64,000 nt of DNA from an uncultured Candidatus Actinomarina sp. (GTDB lineage: Bacteria > Actinomycetota > Acidimicrobiia > Actinomarinales > Actinomarinaceae). Where the stretch lies: assembly GCA_902565645.1 (NCBI GenBank), contig CACFFJ010000001.1, positions 102,193-166,192 on the forward strand, in the 5' to 3' direction. Within the stretch, counting starts at the first letter, position 1; each line of letters begins with the position of its first letter. The translations under genes and the position numbers were made by a program. The notes under the pieces are model-generated. The model searched no databases. It was given only the letters and a program-made list of their open reading frames with translations, and had not been told where the DNA came from. Below are positions 35,991 to 46,552 of this stretch, piece after piece.

Positions 35991-37840
35991 GCCAGTTTAA
36001 GATTTCTACCTGTACCCTGAACTTTAACTTTTTTAATAGAACTAAAGATCTTTGCAACTTCGTCTTTATCGATTGTTTCTTTCTCAATTAGTACTTTCAC
36101 CATAGTTTCCATTTGTTTTTTGAATTTCTTTAAAATCTTTGCAGCAATGATGTGAGCATCACTTAATAAATTCTTCACTTCTTCATCTATTGATGAAGCG
36201 ACTTCATCTGAATAGTCCTGTTGTCTTCCATAGTCTCGTCCTAAGAAAACCTCATTGGATCCTTTACCGTAAAGCATAGGACCGAGCTTATCACTCATTC
36301 CGAATTCCATAACCATACGCCTTGCTATTTCAGTTGCTTTTTCTATATCATTTGATGCACCAGTTGTAGGGTCAGCAAAAATAATCTCTTCAGCAACTCT
36401 TCCTCCCATCAACATTGCAAGCCTATCTTTTAATTCTGCTTTAGATGTAAGATATTTCTCACCTTCTGGAAGAGCCTGTGTGTAGCCAAGAGCCCTTCCT
36501 CGTGGGATTATCGTAACTTTATGAATTGGATCAGCATTTGGAAGAGCCCAGCCAACTAATGCATGACCTGTTTCGTGATAAGCTATTATTAGTTTTTCAT
36601 CTTCACTCAAGAGTTGGCTCTTCTTTTCTGGTCCTGCTAAAACTCTGTCTATAGAATTTTCTATATCTTTATTTGATATAGTCTTTTTATCTTTCCTTGC
36701 GGCTAATAATGCAGCTTCATTTAATAAATTTGCTAAATCAGCACCTGTAAAACCTGGGGTCTGTTTTGCAACAGTTTTAAAATTAACGTTTTTTGACAAA
36801 GGTTTATCTTTTCCATGAACTTTTAATATTTCAGTTCTTCCATTTAAATCTGGTCTATCAACTATTACTTGTCTATCAAATCTTCCGGGTCTTAAAAGAG
36901 CAGGATCAAGAACATCGGGACGATTAGTGGCAGCCATTAAAATTACACCTTGATTAGATTCAAATCCATCCATCTCTACAAGTAGTTGATTTAAAGTTTG
37001 CTCTCTTTCATCGTGGCCTCCACCTAAACCAGCTCCTCTCATTCTTCCAACTGCATCAATTTCGTCAATAAAAATTATTGAAGGAGAAGAGTCCTTTGCT
37101 TTCTTAAATAAGTCTCTTACCCTGCTTGCTCCTACTCCAACAAACATTTCTACAAAATCTGATCCAGAAATACTATAAAATGGTACATCTGACTCTCCAG
37201 CAACTGCTCTAGCTAATAAAGTCTTTCCTGTGCCAGGTGGTCCTACTAAGAGAACACCTTTTGGAATTTTTGCTCCTAGTTTATTAAATTTCTCAGGAGA
37301 TTTTAAAAACTCTTTTATTTCTTCTAATTCCTCTTTTGCCTCTTCTGCTCCTGCTACATCTTTAAAGGTAACTTTTGGTAATTTATGATCTATCTCTTTT
37401 GCTTTTGATTTACCAAATTGCATTACCTGATTCCCATTAGATCTCGCTTGAGAAAACATAAAAAACATAAATCCAGCAATAAATATCCATGGAAGAAAAG
37501 CTATAAAATATTCTTGAAATCCAGCTGGCTCAGTATCTGTTGTTAGTACTATATTTTGATCAACTAAAAGTTGAAATATTTCACCTTCAAAACCTTCGGG
37601 ATACTCTGTGCGGTATATTTCATCTTCAGCCACAGTTTTAAACTCAACAGTATTGGATTGTTCTTTAATTGTTGCTTCATAAACTTTTCCATTATTAATT
37701 AATTCCTGAAAGTCAGAAAATGTAACATCAGTTGGTGCATTAATTGTTTGGTTATATTGCTGAACACCAATAAAAATTAGCAATCCTAATGCAACATATA
37801 ACAAAAAAGGTTTATTCTTCTTTTTTTCTTTATTATCCAC
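35987..37840 (-). CDS. ftsH: ATP-dependent zinc metalloprotease FtsH
   Basis: 617 aa with GPPGTGKT, an SRH region and the HETGHA zinc site. Confidence 0.95.
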   Translation of the reverse strand: MDNKEKKKNKPFLLYVALGLLIFIGVQQYNQTINAPTDVTFSDFQELINNGKVYEATIKEQSNTVEFKTVAEDEIYRTEYPEGFEGEIFQLLVDQNIVLTTDTEPAGFQEYFIAFLPWIFIAGFMFFMFSQARSNGNQVMQFGKSKAKEIDHKLPKVTFKDVAGAEEAKEELEEIKEFLKSPEKFNKLGAKIPKGVLLVGPPGTGKTLLARAVAGESDVPFYSISGSDFVEMFVGVGASRVRDLFKKAKDSSPSIIFIDEIDAVGRMRGAGLGGGHDEREQTLNQLLVEMDGFESNQGVILMAATNRPDVLDPALLRPGRFDRQVIVDRPDLNGRTEILKVHGKDKPLSKNVNFKTVAKQTPGFTGADLANLLNEAALLAARKDKKTISNKDIENSIDRVLAGPEKKSQLLSEDEKLIIAYHETGHALVGWALPNADPIHKVTIIPRGRALGYTQALPEGEKYLTSKAELKDRLAMLMGGRVAEEIIFADPTTGASNDIEKATEIARRMVMEFGMSDKLGPMLYGKGSNEVFLGRDYGRQQDYSDEVASSIDEEVKNLLSDAHIIAAKILKKFKKQMETMVKVLIEKETIDKDEVAKIFSSIKKVKVQGTGRNLKLA

Positions 37841-37886
37841 TAAGTTTTAATTTAATATACAGAGGTTTAAAAGCAACCAACAAATC

Positions 37887-38399
37887 TTAAGATAAGGCAG
37901 CTAAATATGGTAGCTCTCTAAATCTACCCATGTAATCAAGGCCGTAGCCTACTACAAAGTCTGACCCAATCTTAAATCCTTGATATTTAATATCTACTGG
38001 AATTTGTTTGTCGTGTGGTTTTATAAACATACACATTATTTCAATGCTTTTTGGATTTCTCGACTCTAATATGTCAATTAATGAAGAGAGTGTTAACCCT
38101 GTGTCAAAAATATCTTCAACAATTAAAATATTTTTCCCAGATATATCTATATCCAAATCTTTTTCTATCTTTATTTGTCCAGTAGATTCAGAACCTTCAT
38201 ACGAAGATATGCTCATAAACTCAAATGAAACATCTAAATTTAAGTTTTTCGCTAAATCACTTATTGCGATAAAGGCTCCCTTTAGAATACCCAATATAAT
38301 TAATTCCTTACCTTTATAGTCATTATTAATTTGATTTGCTAAATGAACTATTTTTTCTTGTATTTCTTTTTCGCTTATAAGTTTTTTAGCTATGTTCAA
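37887..38399 (-). CDS. hpt: hypoxanthine phosphoribosyltransferase
   Basis: 170 aa with the PRPP motif ILIVEDIFDTGLTL. Confidence 0.9.
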   Translation of the reverse strand: MNIAKKLISEKEIQEKIVHLANQINNDYKGKELIILGILKGAFIAISDLAKNLNLDVSFEFMSISSYEGSESTGQIKIEKDLDIDISGKNILIVEDIFDTGLTLSSLIDILESRNPKSIEIMCMFIKPHDKQIPVDIKYQGFKIGSDFVVGYGLDYMGRFRELPYLAALS

Positions 38400-39653
38400 A
38401 GGAACTCTTTTCTATTGAAGCAACCAGTATATTTGATTCTTTATTTATTTCATATTTTTTCAATAAGTCAGATTTTCTAACCCCTGGAATCCAAAGGATT
38501 TCTTCATCTTTAGAAATTATTGGCCATACCTCTTTTAATAGATTTCTAATTCCATAGTTTCTAAGTACTTCTGAGACTTTATTCTCTTTGCCATTGATTA
38601 ATATCTTGTCCCCATCATTTAATGGTCTAATTTCAATATTCTCATAATCAATTGGTAGGCGTGCAGTCCAATTATTATTAAAACTAATATTGTCTTCTAA
38701 CGAAAATTTGAAATAACCAAAATGTTTATCTTTTTTTTGATATTCTTCTAGCCAATTTTTTTTATTTATAAAAATTAATAATGAATTAGAAGAAGTACAA
38801 CTCCAGTCATTATTGAGTTGTGTTTTTGAACCAGTATTGATTACGTTTTCTATTTTTGCTATATCTTTTTTTTGAAAACTAGGTATTCCTATAGCATTAG
38901 AAATCAATGAAAGATAAATGTTGCGTTTAATATTTCTATTTTGAACTAACCTTATTGGGATTTCAATATATCCATTCGCTAATTTAATATATTTAAAATT
39001 CAAGTTATTGTCATCAAAAATTGTTTCTATTTCATTAACCAATAAACTTATTTTTTCCTCGACATTTCCTGGAAGTCTTTTGTCTACTTCAGGTATTAAT
39101 TCATTTCTGATCCAGTTTCTTAATATTTTATTTTCAAAATTTGTTAAATCGTCTAAATATTCAATTTTATGTTCTTTTGCGTATGTGACTATTTCATTTT
39201 TGGAGATATTTATTAGTGGTCTTTCGATATTATCTATAACTTGTGGAATTGATTTTAATCCCTGAACCCTTGTTCCCCTTAGTAAGTTCAAAAAAAATGT
39301 TTCAACTTTATCTGAAAGAGTATGTCCAGTCAAAAGAATCTCTCCATTTTTAACTCTTTGAATAAAAGTTCATACCTAACTTCTCGCATTTTTGTCTCTG
39401 AAGAACCTAATTCAAGAGGTGAATCTAATACCTTATGTTTTATTTTTAACTTTTTTGCAATACTATTTGCCGCTTTTTCTAAATCTTCTGAATGTTCTTG
39501 ATTATGCCTAACAAAAACAGACCTTAATTTTTCAGTATTTTCAGATGCTATTTTAGCAAGCACAGCACTGTCCACACCCCCACTTAAAGCTATTACATAA
39601 TTCTTTGTATTATTAAGGTTGTCTTTAATATGTTCTTCAATTTTTTTTGTCAT
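38386..39653 (-). pseudogene. tilS: tRNA(Ile)-lysidine synthetase, reading frame broken in an A5 (sense) run
   Basis: ORF 39330..39653 carries the PP-loop (ALSGGVDS) and ends ...VRYELLFKELKMERFF*. ORF 38386..39333 continues (NGEILL)TGHTLSDKVETFFLNLLRGT... in the +1 frame. One extra A in TTAAAAATGG (T5 at 39347-39351 on +) joins them. Confidence 0.85.
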
Positions 39654-39687
39654 CTAGTAAATAGAATAGTTTTATTTTTCTATGACC

Positions 39688-39960
39688 TTATATCTTTTTT
39701 TTAGTGACTTGACGAAAATATTGAATAACATTACCAACTATTACTAAGGTAGCTATAGCAACAGAAATAGGTATTAAAAATCTATATGTCCATGCCGGAT
39801 CTTCTTGAATTTCCACTTCTTCTTCAATAACTATTGCTGGAACAGGGTTTTCCTCATTAAAGTTTTCAGATATTGCCAGTACGCTATTATCCAATGAATA
39901 AGCTTCAGCATTGATTGACATTAGTCCTAAAAAAGCTAAAGAAATAAGTAATGTTTTCAC
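39688..39960 (-). CDS. small secreted/anchored hypothetical protein
   Basis: 90 aa with a signal peptide (LMSINAEA), an acidic middle and a C-terminal TM segment plus KKKI. Confidence 0.5.
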   Translation of the reverse strand: MKTLLISLAFLGLMSINAEAYSLDNSVLAISENFNEENPVPAIVIEEEVEIQEDPAWTYRFLIPISVAIATLVIVGNVIQYFRQVTKKKI

Positions 39961-39987
39961 AATAAAAGACTACTAAATTATGAAATA

Positions 39988-40014
39988 AAAATAACTTTAA
40001 TTTTAAGTTATTTT
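39988..40014 (-). terminator. candidate intrinsic terminator after metE (AU-rich stem)
   Basis: AAAATAACTT-N7-AAGTTATTTT, a 10-bp inverted repeat followed by a U-rich tract in the transcript sense. The stem is almost all A-U, so it is weak. Confidence 0.35.
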
Positions 40015-40032
40015 TAATAATTTAAAATTAAG

Positions 40033-42288
40033 TTAAATGGTCTTCCTTACTTCTTTTGTTACGTCAACCATTGTTTTTAAACTTTCTTTAACCTCTGGCC
40101 ATCCTCTTGTTTTTAAACCGCAGTCAGGGTTAATCCAGATATTTTCTAATTTTATTGACTTAACTAGCTGATCAACCCTTACTTTTGCGTCATTAACTTC
40201 AAGAACTAAAGGTGAATGAATATCATAAATACCTGGACCAATAGCTCCAGTATATTTTTCTTTAAGACCCTCATTTACTAAATCCATACCAGATCTTGAA
40301 GCTTCAATCGATAAGACATCCACATCTAATGCATTAATTGCATCTAAAATCTCATCAAACTCCGAATAACACATATGAGAGTGTATCTGGGTTTCAGGTT
40401 TTACACCTGAGCTACTTAGCTTAAATGAATTTACTGCCCAATCTAAATATTCTTCTTTGAATCTTTTATCTAGTGGTAAGCCTTCTCTAATAGCAGGCTC
40501 ATCAATCTGAATAACCTTAATTCCATTTTTTTCAAGATCAACAACCTCATCTCTCAAAGCTAATGCAATTTGATAGGCAACCTCTTTTTTGGAAATGTCA
40601 TTTCTTATAAAACTCCACTGAAGAATGGTAACTGGTCCTGTTAACATTCCTTTCATCGGTTTTGCTGTTAGTGATTGAGCATAGGTAGACCAAGAAACAG
40701 TCATCGGGTCTACTCTATTAACATCTCCATAGATTATTGGTGGCTTTACACATCGACTTCCATAACTCTGGACCCAGCCAAATTTTGTAAACGCAAATCC
40801 ATCTAAAAGCTCACCAAAATACTCGACCATATCGTTTCTCTCTGCTTCGCCATGAACTAATATATCTAAATCAAGAGATTCTTGAATTTCGACTGTTTCT
40901 TTTATTATCTCTTTTAGCCCTTTATGATACTCTTCATCGTTTATTTCGTTTGCTTTGTACTTTTTCCTTAAATTTCTTGTTTCAGCAGTTTGAGGAAAGG
41001 AGCCAATGGTTGTTGTTGGAAGAGGTGGAATGTTTAAATTTTCATTCTGAAACAACAGCCTTTCTTCTCTTTTAGTACTTCTATTAAAGTCTTTTTCATT
41101 AAGACCTTCTACTCTTTCTCTCACTTCAGGATTAACTCTCCCGCTTAATTGTTTATTTGATAATTGAAATGAGTTATTAAATTCTTTTGCTTCTTCTGAA
41201 ACTTCAGCTTTATTTAGTGAAGTTACTATAAGCTTAAGCTCATTTAATTTCTCATACCCAAATGAAAGAATGTTTTTTAAATCCGGATCTAAGATGCTTT
41301 CTTCTTCTAATGAATAGGGGGAATGCAAAAAGGAGCACGAGGAAGAAACAATATAATTTTCAATTCCTAATTTATTTAACCAATTAATCAAATCTAGAAT
41401 ATTTGATTTCCAAATAGACCTTCCATCAATTACGCCAAAAGATAATTGAAATTTCTTCGACAAACTTTTTATCTCCTCATCTTGGAAACTTCCCATACAT
41501 AAATCCAAATGAAGAGTTTTAATTTTTAATTCCTCTAATCTTTCAAGATATCCTTGGTAGTTCCCAAAAAAACCATTCAAAAATATTTCCATATCTGATT
41601 TGTTTACAACATCTTTAAGCACATAAAATAGGCTCTCTGAAATATAGGAATTTCCAACACCAACAGCTCCTTCATCTAGCACTACAGAACTTAGCCCTAT
41701 ATCTTTAAGTTGATTAAATAAATTTAAATAAGAATTAACAATTTTTTCTTTTTTTCCGTCATCAATGGAATCTTCCCTTGAAAGTTTTAATAGTGTTGCT
41801 GGGCCTTGTATTTTAGCAATTACATCAATATTGTTTTTTTTAGCTAAGTTAAGTTCATGCTTAATTCTTGAAATGTTTGGACTAAAGTCTTTATCCCAAT
41901 CAATTTCGGGAACTAAATAGTGGTAATTAGTATCAAACCATTTAGTCATTTCAAGTGGTGCTTCTTTTTTTCCATTAACTTCCCCACCTCTAGCTGCTTT
42001 AAAATAATGTTCCAAATCAGTATTGCTGACAATCCCAAACCGCTTTAAAGGTATCCCTAGGTAACCTATCGTTTCAAGAATTTGATCGTAAAAAGAAAAA
42101 TCCCCAACTAATTGTTTAGAGATTCCGAAATCCCTCTGAATCTTCCACTGGCTAACTATTAGTTCATCTGTCTTAGCTAAAAATTCATTTTCTGTTATTT
42201 CACTCTTCCAAAATTTTTCTACGGCCCATTTATATTCTCTTTTAGGTCCTACTCTTGGAAACCCTGTAACAAAACTTTCAATACTCAT
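40033..42288 (-). CDS. metE: cobalamin-independent methionine synthase
   Basis: 751 aa, two-domain MetE with zinc ligands (HSHMCYSEF, PDCGLKTR). Confidence 0.95.
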   Translation of the reverse strand: MSIESFVTGFPRVGPKREYKWAVEKFWKSEITENEFLAKTDELIVSQWKIQRDFGISKQLVGDFSFYDQILETIGYLGIPLKRFGIVSNTDLEHYFKAARGGEVNGKKEAPLEMTKWFDTNYHYLVPEIDWDKDFSPNISRIKHELNLAKKNNIDVIAKIQGPATLLKLSREDSIDDGKKEKIVNSYLNLFNQLKDIGLSSVVLDEGAVGVGNSYISESLFYVLKDVVNKSDMEIFLNGFFGNYQGYLERLEELKIKTLHLDLCMGSFQDEEIKSLSKKFQLSFGVIDGRSIWKSNILDLINWLNKLGIENYIVSSSCSFLHSPYSLEEESILDPDLKNILSFGYEKLNELKLIVTSLNKAEVSEEAKEFNNSFQLSNKQLSGRVNPEVRERVEGLNEKDFNRSTKREERLLFQNENLNIPPLPTTTIGSFPQTAETRNLRKKYKANEINDEEYHKGLKEIIKETVEIQESLDLDILVHGEAERNDMVEYFGELLDGFAFTKFGWVQSYGSRCVKPPIIYGDVNRVDPMTVSWSTYAQSLTAKPMKGMLTGPVTILQWSFIRNDISKKEVAYQIALALRDEVVDLEKNGIKVIQIDEPAIREGLPLDKRFKEEYLDWAVNSFKLSSSGVKPETQIHSHMCYSEFDEILDAINALDVDVLSIEASRSGMDLVNEGLKEKYTGAIGPGIYDIHSPLVLEVNDAKVRVDQLVKSIKLENIWINPDCGLKTRGWPEVKESLKTMVDVTKEVRKTI

Positions 42289-42304
42289 TATGAACCTCCT
42301 AATT

Positions 42305-43174
42305 CTACTTTTTAAATTCTAAATTATTGTGTATATCAACAAATGCTTTTGACCTATTAAGTGTATAAAAATGTAATCCGTCTGCTCCAAAATCAATTAG
42401 TTCGTTGCACATTTTAGTAATATATTTAATCCCATATTCTCTTTCTTCTTCTTTTGAGCTACACTTCTCAAAACCTTGTTCAAGTTTGCTTGGCAGCTCA
42501 ACGTCACAAATCTGGGCAAATCTTTTTGCTTGATCAAGACTAAGAAGGGGCATTATCCCAGCATATATTGGAACTTCATTATTACTTTCCTTCATTTTGT
42601 TAAAAAATATTTTGTATTCTTCTGAGTCAAAAAATAGTTGCGTTGCAGAAAAATTACCTCCTAAATTAGATTTTATTTTAAAAGTTTCAACAGTTTGTTC
42701 AAAAGATTTATCTTCTGGATGCCCTGTAGGGAAAGCACCAAAACCTATATTATTAATCCCTTTACTTTTTAAATATTCTATTAAATCACTAGCATGCCTG
42801 AATTCATTTTCTCCAGAAAAATCTATTTCATCCGGATCAATCAAAAACTCATTTGTTGGACAGTCTCCTCTTATTACCAAAAAGGAAGTGATATCGTTTT
42901 TTTGATATTCATCAATAAGTACATCAACATCTATTTTTTCTTTATCACAACTTGTTATATGAGCAACAACTTCTGTTTCGCTGTATTTTCTTAAAATTTT
43001 AACAGACTTAATGATATCTCTATTCTTAGATGCTCCGGCACCATCAGTAAATGAAACAAAAGTCGGCTCGAACTTAGAGAGAACCTTGTAAGTTTCTTCA
43101 AGACTTTTATATTCTTTATTATTCCTAGGAGGAAAGAATTCAAAAGATAATTCCATTTCCTTGTCAAATATCAA
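42305..43174 (-). CDS. metF: methylenetetrahydrofolate reductase
   Basis: 289 aa with SFEFFPPR and a MetF TIM-barrel pattern. The TTG start at 43174 has AGAGGTG 6 nt upstream. An alternative ATG lies at 43156. Confidence 0.9.
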   Translation of the reverse strand: MIFDKEMELSFEFFPPRNNKEYKSLEETYKVLSKFEPTFVSFTDGAGASKNRDIIKSVKILRKYSETEVVAHITSCDKEKIDVDVLIDEYQKNDITSFLVIRGDCPTNEFLIDPDEIDFSGENEFRHASDLIEYLKSKGINNIGFGAFPTGHPEDKSFEQTVETFKIKSNLGGNFSATQLFFDSEEYKIFFNKMKESNNEVPIYAGIMPLLSLDQAKRFAQICDVELPSKLEQGFEKCSSKEEEREYGIKYITKMCNELIDFGADGLHFYTLNRSKAFVDIHNNLEFKK

Positions 43175-43194
43175 TTATGCACCTCTTTATTTCT

Positions 43195-43293
43195 GCATTT
43201 TTTAAAAGACTGGCTAGTTGGTTGCAAAAGCCACATTCTTTTAGCACCTTGGATAGCCTTCCAGGTTGCTGAGGATTTAACCTCTCTAAATGC
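43195..43293 (-). promoter_or_regulatory. candidate SAM riboswitch (SAM-I clan, short-P2 SAM-I/IV-like) in the metF-metE leader
   Basis: Transcript sense: GCAUUU-AGAGAGG-UUAAAU-CCUC-AGCAACC-UGGAAGGCUAUCCA-AGGUGCUAAAAG...UGGCU..AGCCA...AAAUGC. P1 is GCAUUU/AAAUGC and P2 is GAGG/CCUC. The AGAGAGG, AGCAACC and AGGUGCUAA core strings are as in SAM-I. A TATAAT box lies 9 nt upstream (43302-43307). Confidence 0.6.
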
Positions 43294-43327
43294 TTAATCA
43301 AATTATATCGAGCTTATAAAGTAAAAT

Positions 43328-44416
43328 TTATAAACTTTCTATTTTTTCCCAATTCCTTTCTTCATGCCCAAAGTGTGAAAATAATGTATCTTCTCTATAA
43401 TTAACATTTAATAAATCTAGTCTTTCTATTATTGAACCTGGCTTCATATCAAAGTTTTTTACAAAATCATTCAATACTTTTTTATCAGATTTATCTGTAT
43501 TAAAGGTATTTACAGTTAGTTCATAAGGCTCTGCTTTCCCAATAGCATAAGCAACCCTAACTTGACATTTTTCTGCCAAATTATGAGCAACTATATTCTT
43601 TGCCAAGTGTCTTGCAGCATATGCAGCAGACCTATCTACCTTACTTGGATCTTTACCAGAAAAAGCTCCCCCACCTACTGGTACTGATGGGCCATAAGCA
43701 TCAACTACTATCTTTCTTCCTGTTAATCCTGTATCTCCAGCAGGCCCTCCTTTTATAAAGGAACCCGAAGGATTTAGGTCAAGAATGAACTCCTCTTCTA
43801 CAAAATTTCTAACTAATTTTGTAAATTCTTCATGTAATTTATCAATGTCAGCTTTTTCTTGGTGCTGTGTGGAAATAACAACCTTTGTCATCTCACCTCC
43901 GGTTGTTACTTGTACTTTTGAATCTAAATCAAGCATATCGTCATCATTCTGTATCCTCCATAAAGCTTTCTGAATATTTCTTGATTTATCAAAAGTTGGA
44001 GGCATAAATGATGGTGTCTCGTTAGTAGCGTAACCGACCATGATGCCCTGATCTCCTGCGCCTTGGTCCTCATCATCTTCAACAGCTGCTCTAATTTCTT
44101 CAGATTGAGGCGTAAGCTCATTTTGAATTAATAATTTTTCTAAGTCAAAATCTCGAAAACTTGTTTTTATTGTTTTTTTTAGAGCTTCATGAACAATTTT
44201 AATTACATCATCATCAGATATATCAGCTATTTCGCTAATTTCACCTCCCACAACAACTAAACCGCCGTTGTTAGTCCCTGTTAAGAACGTTTCCACAGCA
44301 ACTCTTGATTTTTTGTTATTTTCAAGTGCTTGAGTTAAAACATAATCTGAAATCAAATCAGCTATTTTGTCAGGGTGTCCTGGAGAAACTGTCTCTGCTG
44401 TTACGAAACTGGTCAA
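43328..44416 (-). CDS. metK: S-adenosylmethionine synthase
   Basis: 362 aa with GHPDKIAD and GGGAFSGKD. The TTG start has AGAGAGGA 7 nt upstream. Confidence 0.95.
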   Translation of the reverse strand: MTSFVTAETVSPGHPDKIADLISDYVLTQALENNKKSRVAVETFLTGTNNGGLVVVGGEISEIADISDDDVIKIVHEALKKTIKTSFRDFDLEKLLIQNELTPQSEEIRAAVEDDEDQGAGDQGIMVGYATNETPSFMPPTFDKSRNIQKALWRIQNDDDMLDLDSKVQVTTGGEMTKVVISTQHQEKADIDKLHEEFTKLVRNFVEEEFILDLNPSGSFIKGGPAGDTGLTGRKIVVDAYGPSVPVGGGAFSGKDPSKVDRSAAYAARHLAKNIVAHNLAEKCQVRVAYAIGKAEPYELTVNTFNTDKSDKKVLNDFVKNFDMKPGSIIERLDLLNVNYREDTLFSHFGHEERNWEKIESL

Positions 44417-44543
44417 AATAATCCTCTCTTAGTTAATTTTTTGAGAGATTTCACGTCTCTCTATGTTTTTATATGTTAATGGCAAGAAAATCTTTTTCAA
44501 TATTTTCAACAGAAAACTTTATTTAATTAGTTACTCTTTATAT

Positions 44544-45719
44544 ATGTATTCTGAAATTAAAAATATCTTTAGCATACTATTATCGGTTGCTTTTTCATCA
44601 ATAGGATTTATTGCAGCAATAACTGTCGCAGCTTTATCAGTTAGAGAAGTTTCAACAAATCCTTATCTAGTAGGCTTTCCAAATGCATTGGGTGTTGGTG
44701 GAGCATTTGTAGGGACACAGATATATGATTTTCTATCAAAAAATTATTCAAGATTAATCGCTCTATCAAATACATTTTTTATTGGGGGACTTGGTGGGGT
44801 CTTGTTAGTTTTTAGTTTGGTAGCTGATTCTTTTTTACTCTTATTAGTTGGAGCATTTGTTCTGGGAATTGGGCAGTCTGCAACTTTACAAAGTCGTTAT
44901 GCAGCTTCGTATGTAGCTTCTGAAAATTATAAAGCTACTGCCCTCTCGTTAGCAGTTTGGTTCTCTGTTTTTGGTTCAATATTCGGACCAAGTCTTGTTG
45001 GCCAATATTCTGAACTATTTCAAGAAAGATTCAATTCTGAATTAATTGTTGGATATTTTTTAGCAGCAGGTGGAATGATTATTGCTGGTTTGTGTATATA
45101 TTTATTTTCAGGAAAAGAAACTAGGTTAAAAGATACAGCAATAACTCAAAAAACCTCAGAAAGAATTACTTTAGACAGTAATGCAAAGTTGTTAACAAAA
45201 ATTTTAGTTTTAAATCATTTCACAATGGTTGTGATAATGTCAGCAACACCACTTCATATTCAAGATATAGGTGAAACAATAAAGCTCGTTGGAACAATAA
45301 TAAGCTATCACACTTTAGGCATGTTTTTATTTTCCCCAATTTTGGGAAATCTTGTTGATAGATATGGAAACAAAATTTTTGCTTTTATTGGAAGTTTTAT
45401 AATGCTACTTAGCTGTATTCTTTCATTATTCAATACAAATATTCTATTACTTAAAATTGGGCTCTATCTTTTAGGTTTAGGGTGGAATTTTACTTTTATT
45501 GCAATTAGTGCAGCTATATCTAAGTACTCAATTGATAATTCAATAAACCTAAATATAAAAAGTGACTCTATGGTTTTTCTTGCAAGTTCGGTTGCACATT
45601 TATCGCTAGGGATAACTTATATTTTATTGGGATATACAGGTTTAGTAACTTTCGGTTTGTTTCTTTCAGTTTATTTAATATTTAGTGTTAGAAAGTTTGC
45701 AAAACTTACGACTAATTAA
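44544..45719 (+). CDS. MFS transporter
   Basis: About 12 TM segments. The start is set at the ATG at 44544 (MYSEIKN); the track ORF starts at 44463 in the divergent promoter region. Confidence 0.75.
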   Translation: MYSEIKNIFSILLSVAFSSIGFIAAITVAALSVREVSTNPYLVGFPNALGVGGAFVGTQIYDFLSKNYSRLIALSNTFFIGGLGGVLLVFSLVADSFLLLLVGAFVLGIGQSATLQSRYAASYVASENYKATALSLAVWFSVFGSIFGPSLVGQYSELFQERFNSELIVGYFLAAGGMIIAGLCIYLFSGKETRLKDTAITQKTSERITLDSNAKLLTKILVLNHFTMVVIMSATPLHIQDIGETIKLVGTIISYHTLGMFLFSPILGNLVDRYGNKIFAFIGSFIMLLSCILSLFNTNILLLKIGLYLLGLGWNFTFIAISAAISKYSIDNSINLNIKSDSMVFLASSVAHLSLGITYILLGYTGLVTFGLFLSVYLIFSVRKFAKLTTN

Positions 45720-46552
45720 ATCTCAATATTGAGCAAATCTTCACCTATTATAAGTTCGCCTTTGTATTTTTCCGATACTACAGCTTTCAGTTTTGATTTA
45801 TCAAATACAGGTGGTACAAAATGTGTCAATATAAGCTTTTCAACATTTGCTTCAGCAGCAACTTCTCCAACCTCATTTGGATTGGTGTGATAATCGCTAA
45901 CATTCTTTATTGTTTCTTTTGTCATTCGTTTGTTGTCAAACTCAAGACTTACAAAAACTTCATGAACAAGAGCGTTAGCATTTAAGGACTCTTTAATTAA
46001 TTTCTTACTTTTCCTTGTATCTCCAGAAATAATTATCTTCTTGTCCTCTCCTTTATCAGAAAATTCAATTTTAAAACCATAGGCTGGATCAACAGGTTTA
46101 TGGTCCACTTCAAAAGGAGTGATTTTAACTTCATCATTAGAAAAAGTATAATTTTTATCAATTTCCAAAATTACATAATCTAAGCCCAGTTTATTAGGTC
46201 TTGCTTCCCAGTTTTTCCTTCCTTCTAGTTCTTCCTGAAAAGCTTGTAATTGTGTTTCAAAAAATTCTCTAATCCCGACAGGTCCAATAATTTTAAATGG
46301 TTCAATTCTTCCTTGATGCCAACCAGAAATATATAGTTGGTAAATGTCAATAATGTGGTCGGAATGCATATGAGTTATAAATAAAGCTTCAACCTCTGAA
46401 GACTTAATATTTGATTGATTAAGTCTTTGAGATACACCAGAACCTGCATCAAATAAGTAATTTTTTTTGCCGATTTGGATAAGAGTACTGGGACCAAACC
46501 TTTTGTAACTTGGGCTTGGACAACCAGTTCCTAGCAATTTAATATTGCTCAT
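45716..46552 (-). CDS. MBL-fold metallo-hydrolase (RNase Z/ElaC-like)
   Basis: 278 aa with HMHSDH (HxHxDH) plus downstream His/Asp ligands. Confidence 0.75.
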   Translation of the reverse strand: MSNIKLLGTGCPSPSYKRFGPSTLIQIGKKNYLFDAGSGVSQRLNQSNIKSSEVEALFITHMHSDHIIDIYQLYISGWHQGRIEPFKIIGPVGIREFFETQLQAFQEELEGRKNWEARPNKLGLDYVILEIDKNYTFSNDEVKITPFEVDHKPVDPAYGFKIEFSDKGEDKKIIISGDTRKSKKLIKESLNANALVHEVFVSLEFDNKRMTKETIKNVSDYHTNPNEVGEVAAEANVEKLILTHFVPPVFDKSKLKAVVSEKYKGELIIGEDLLNIEI

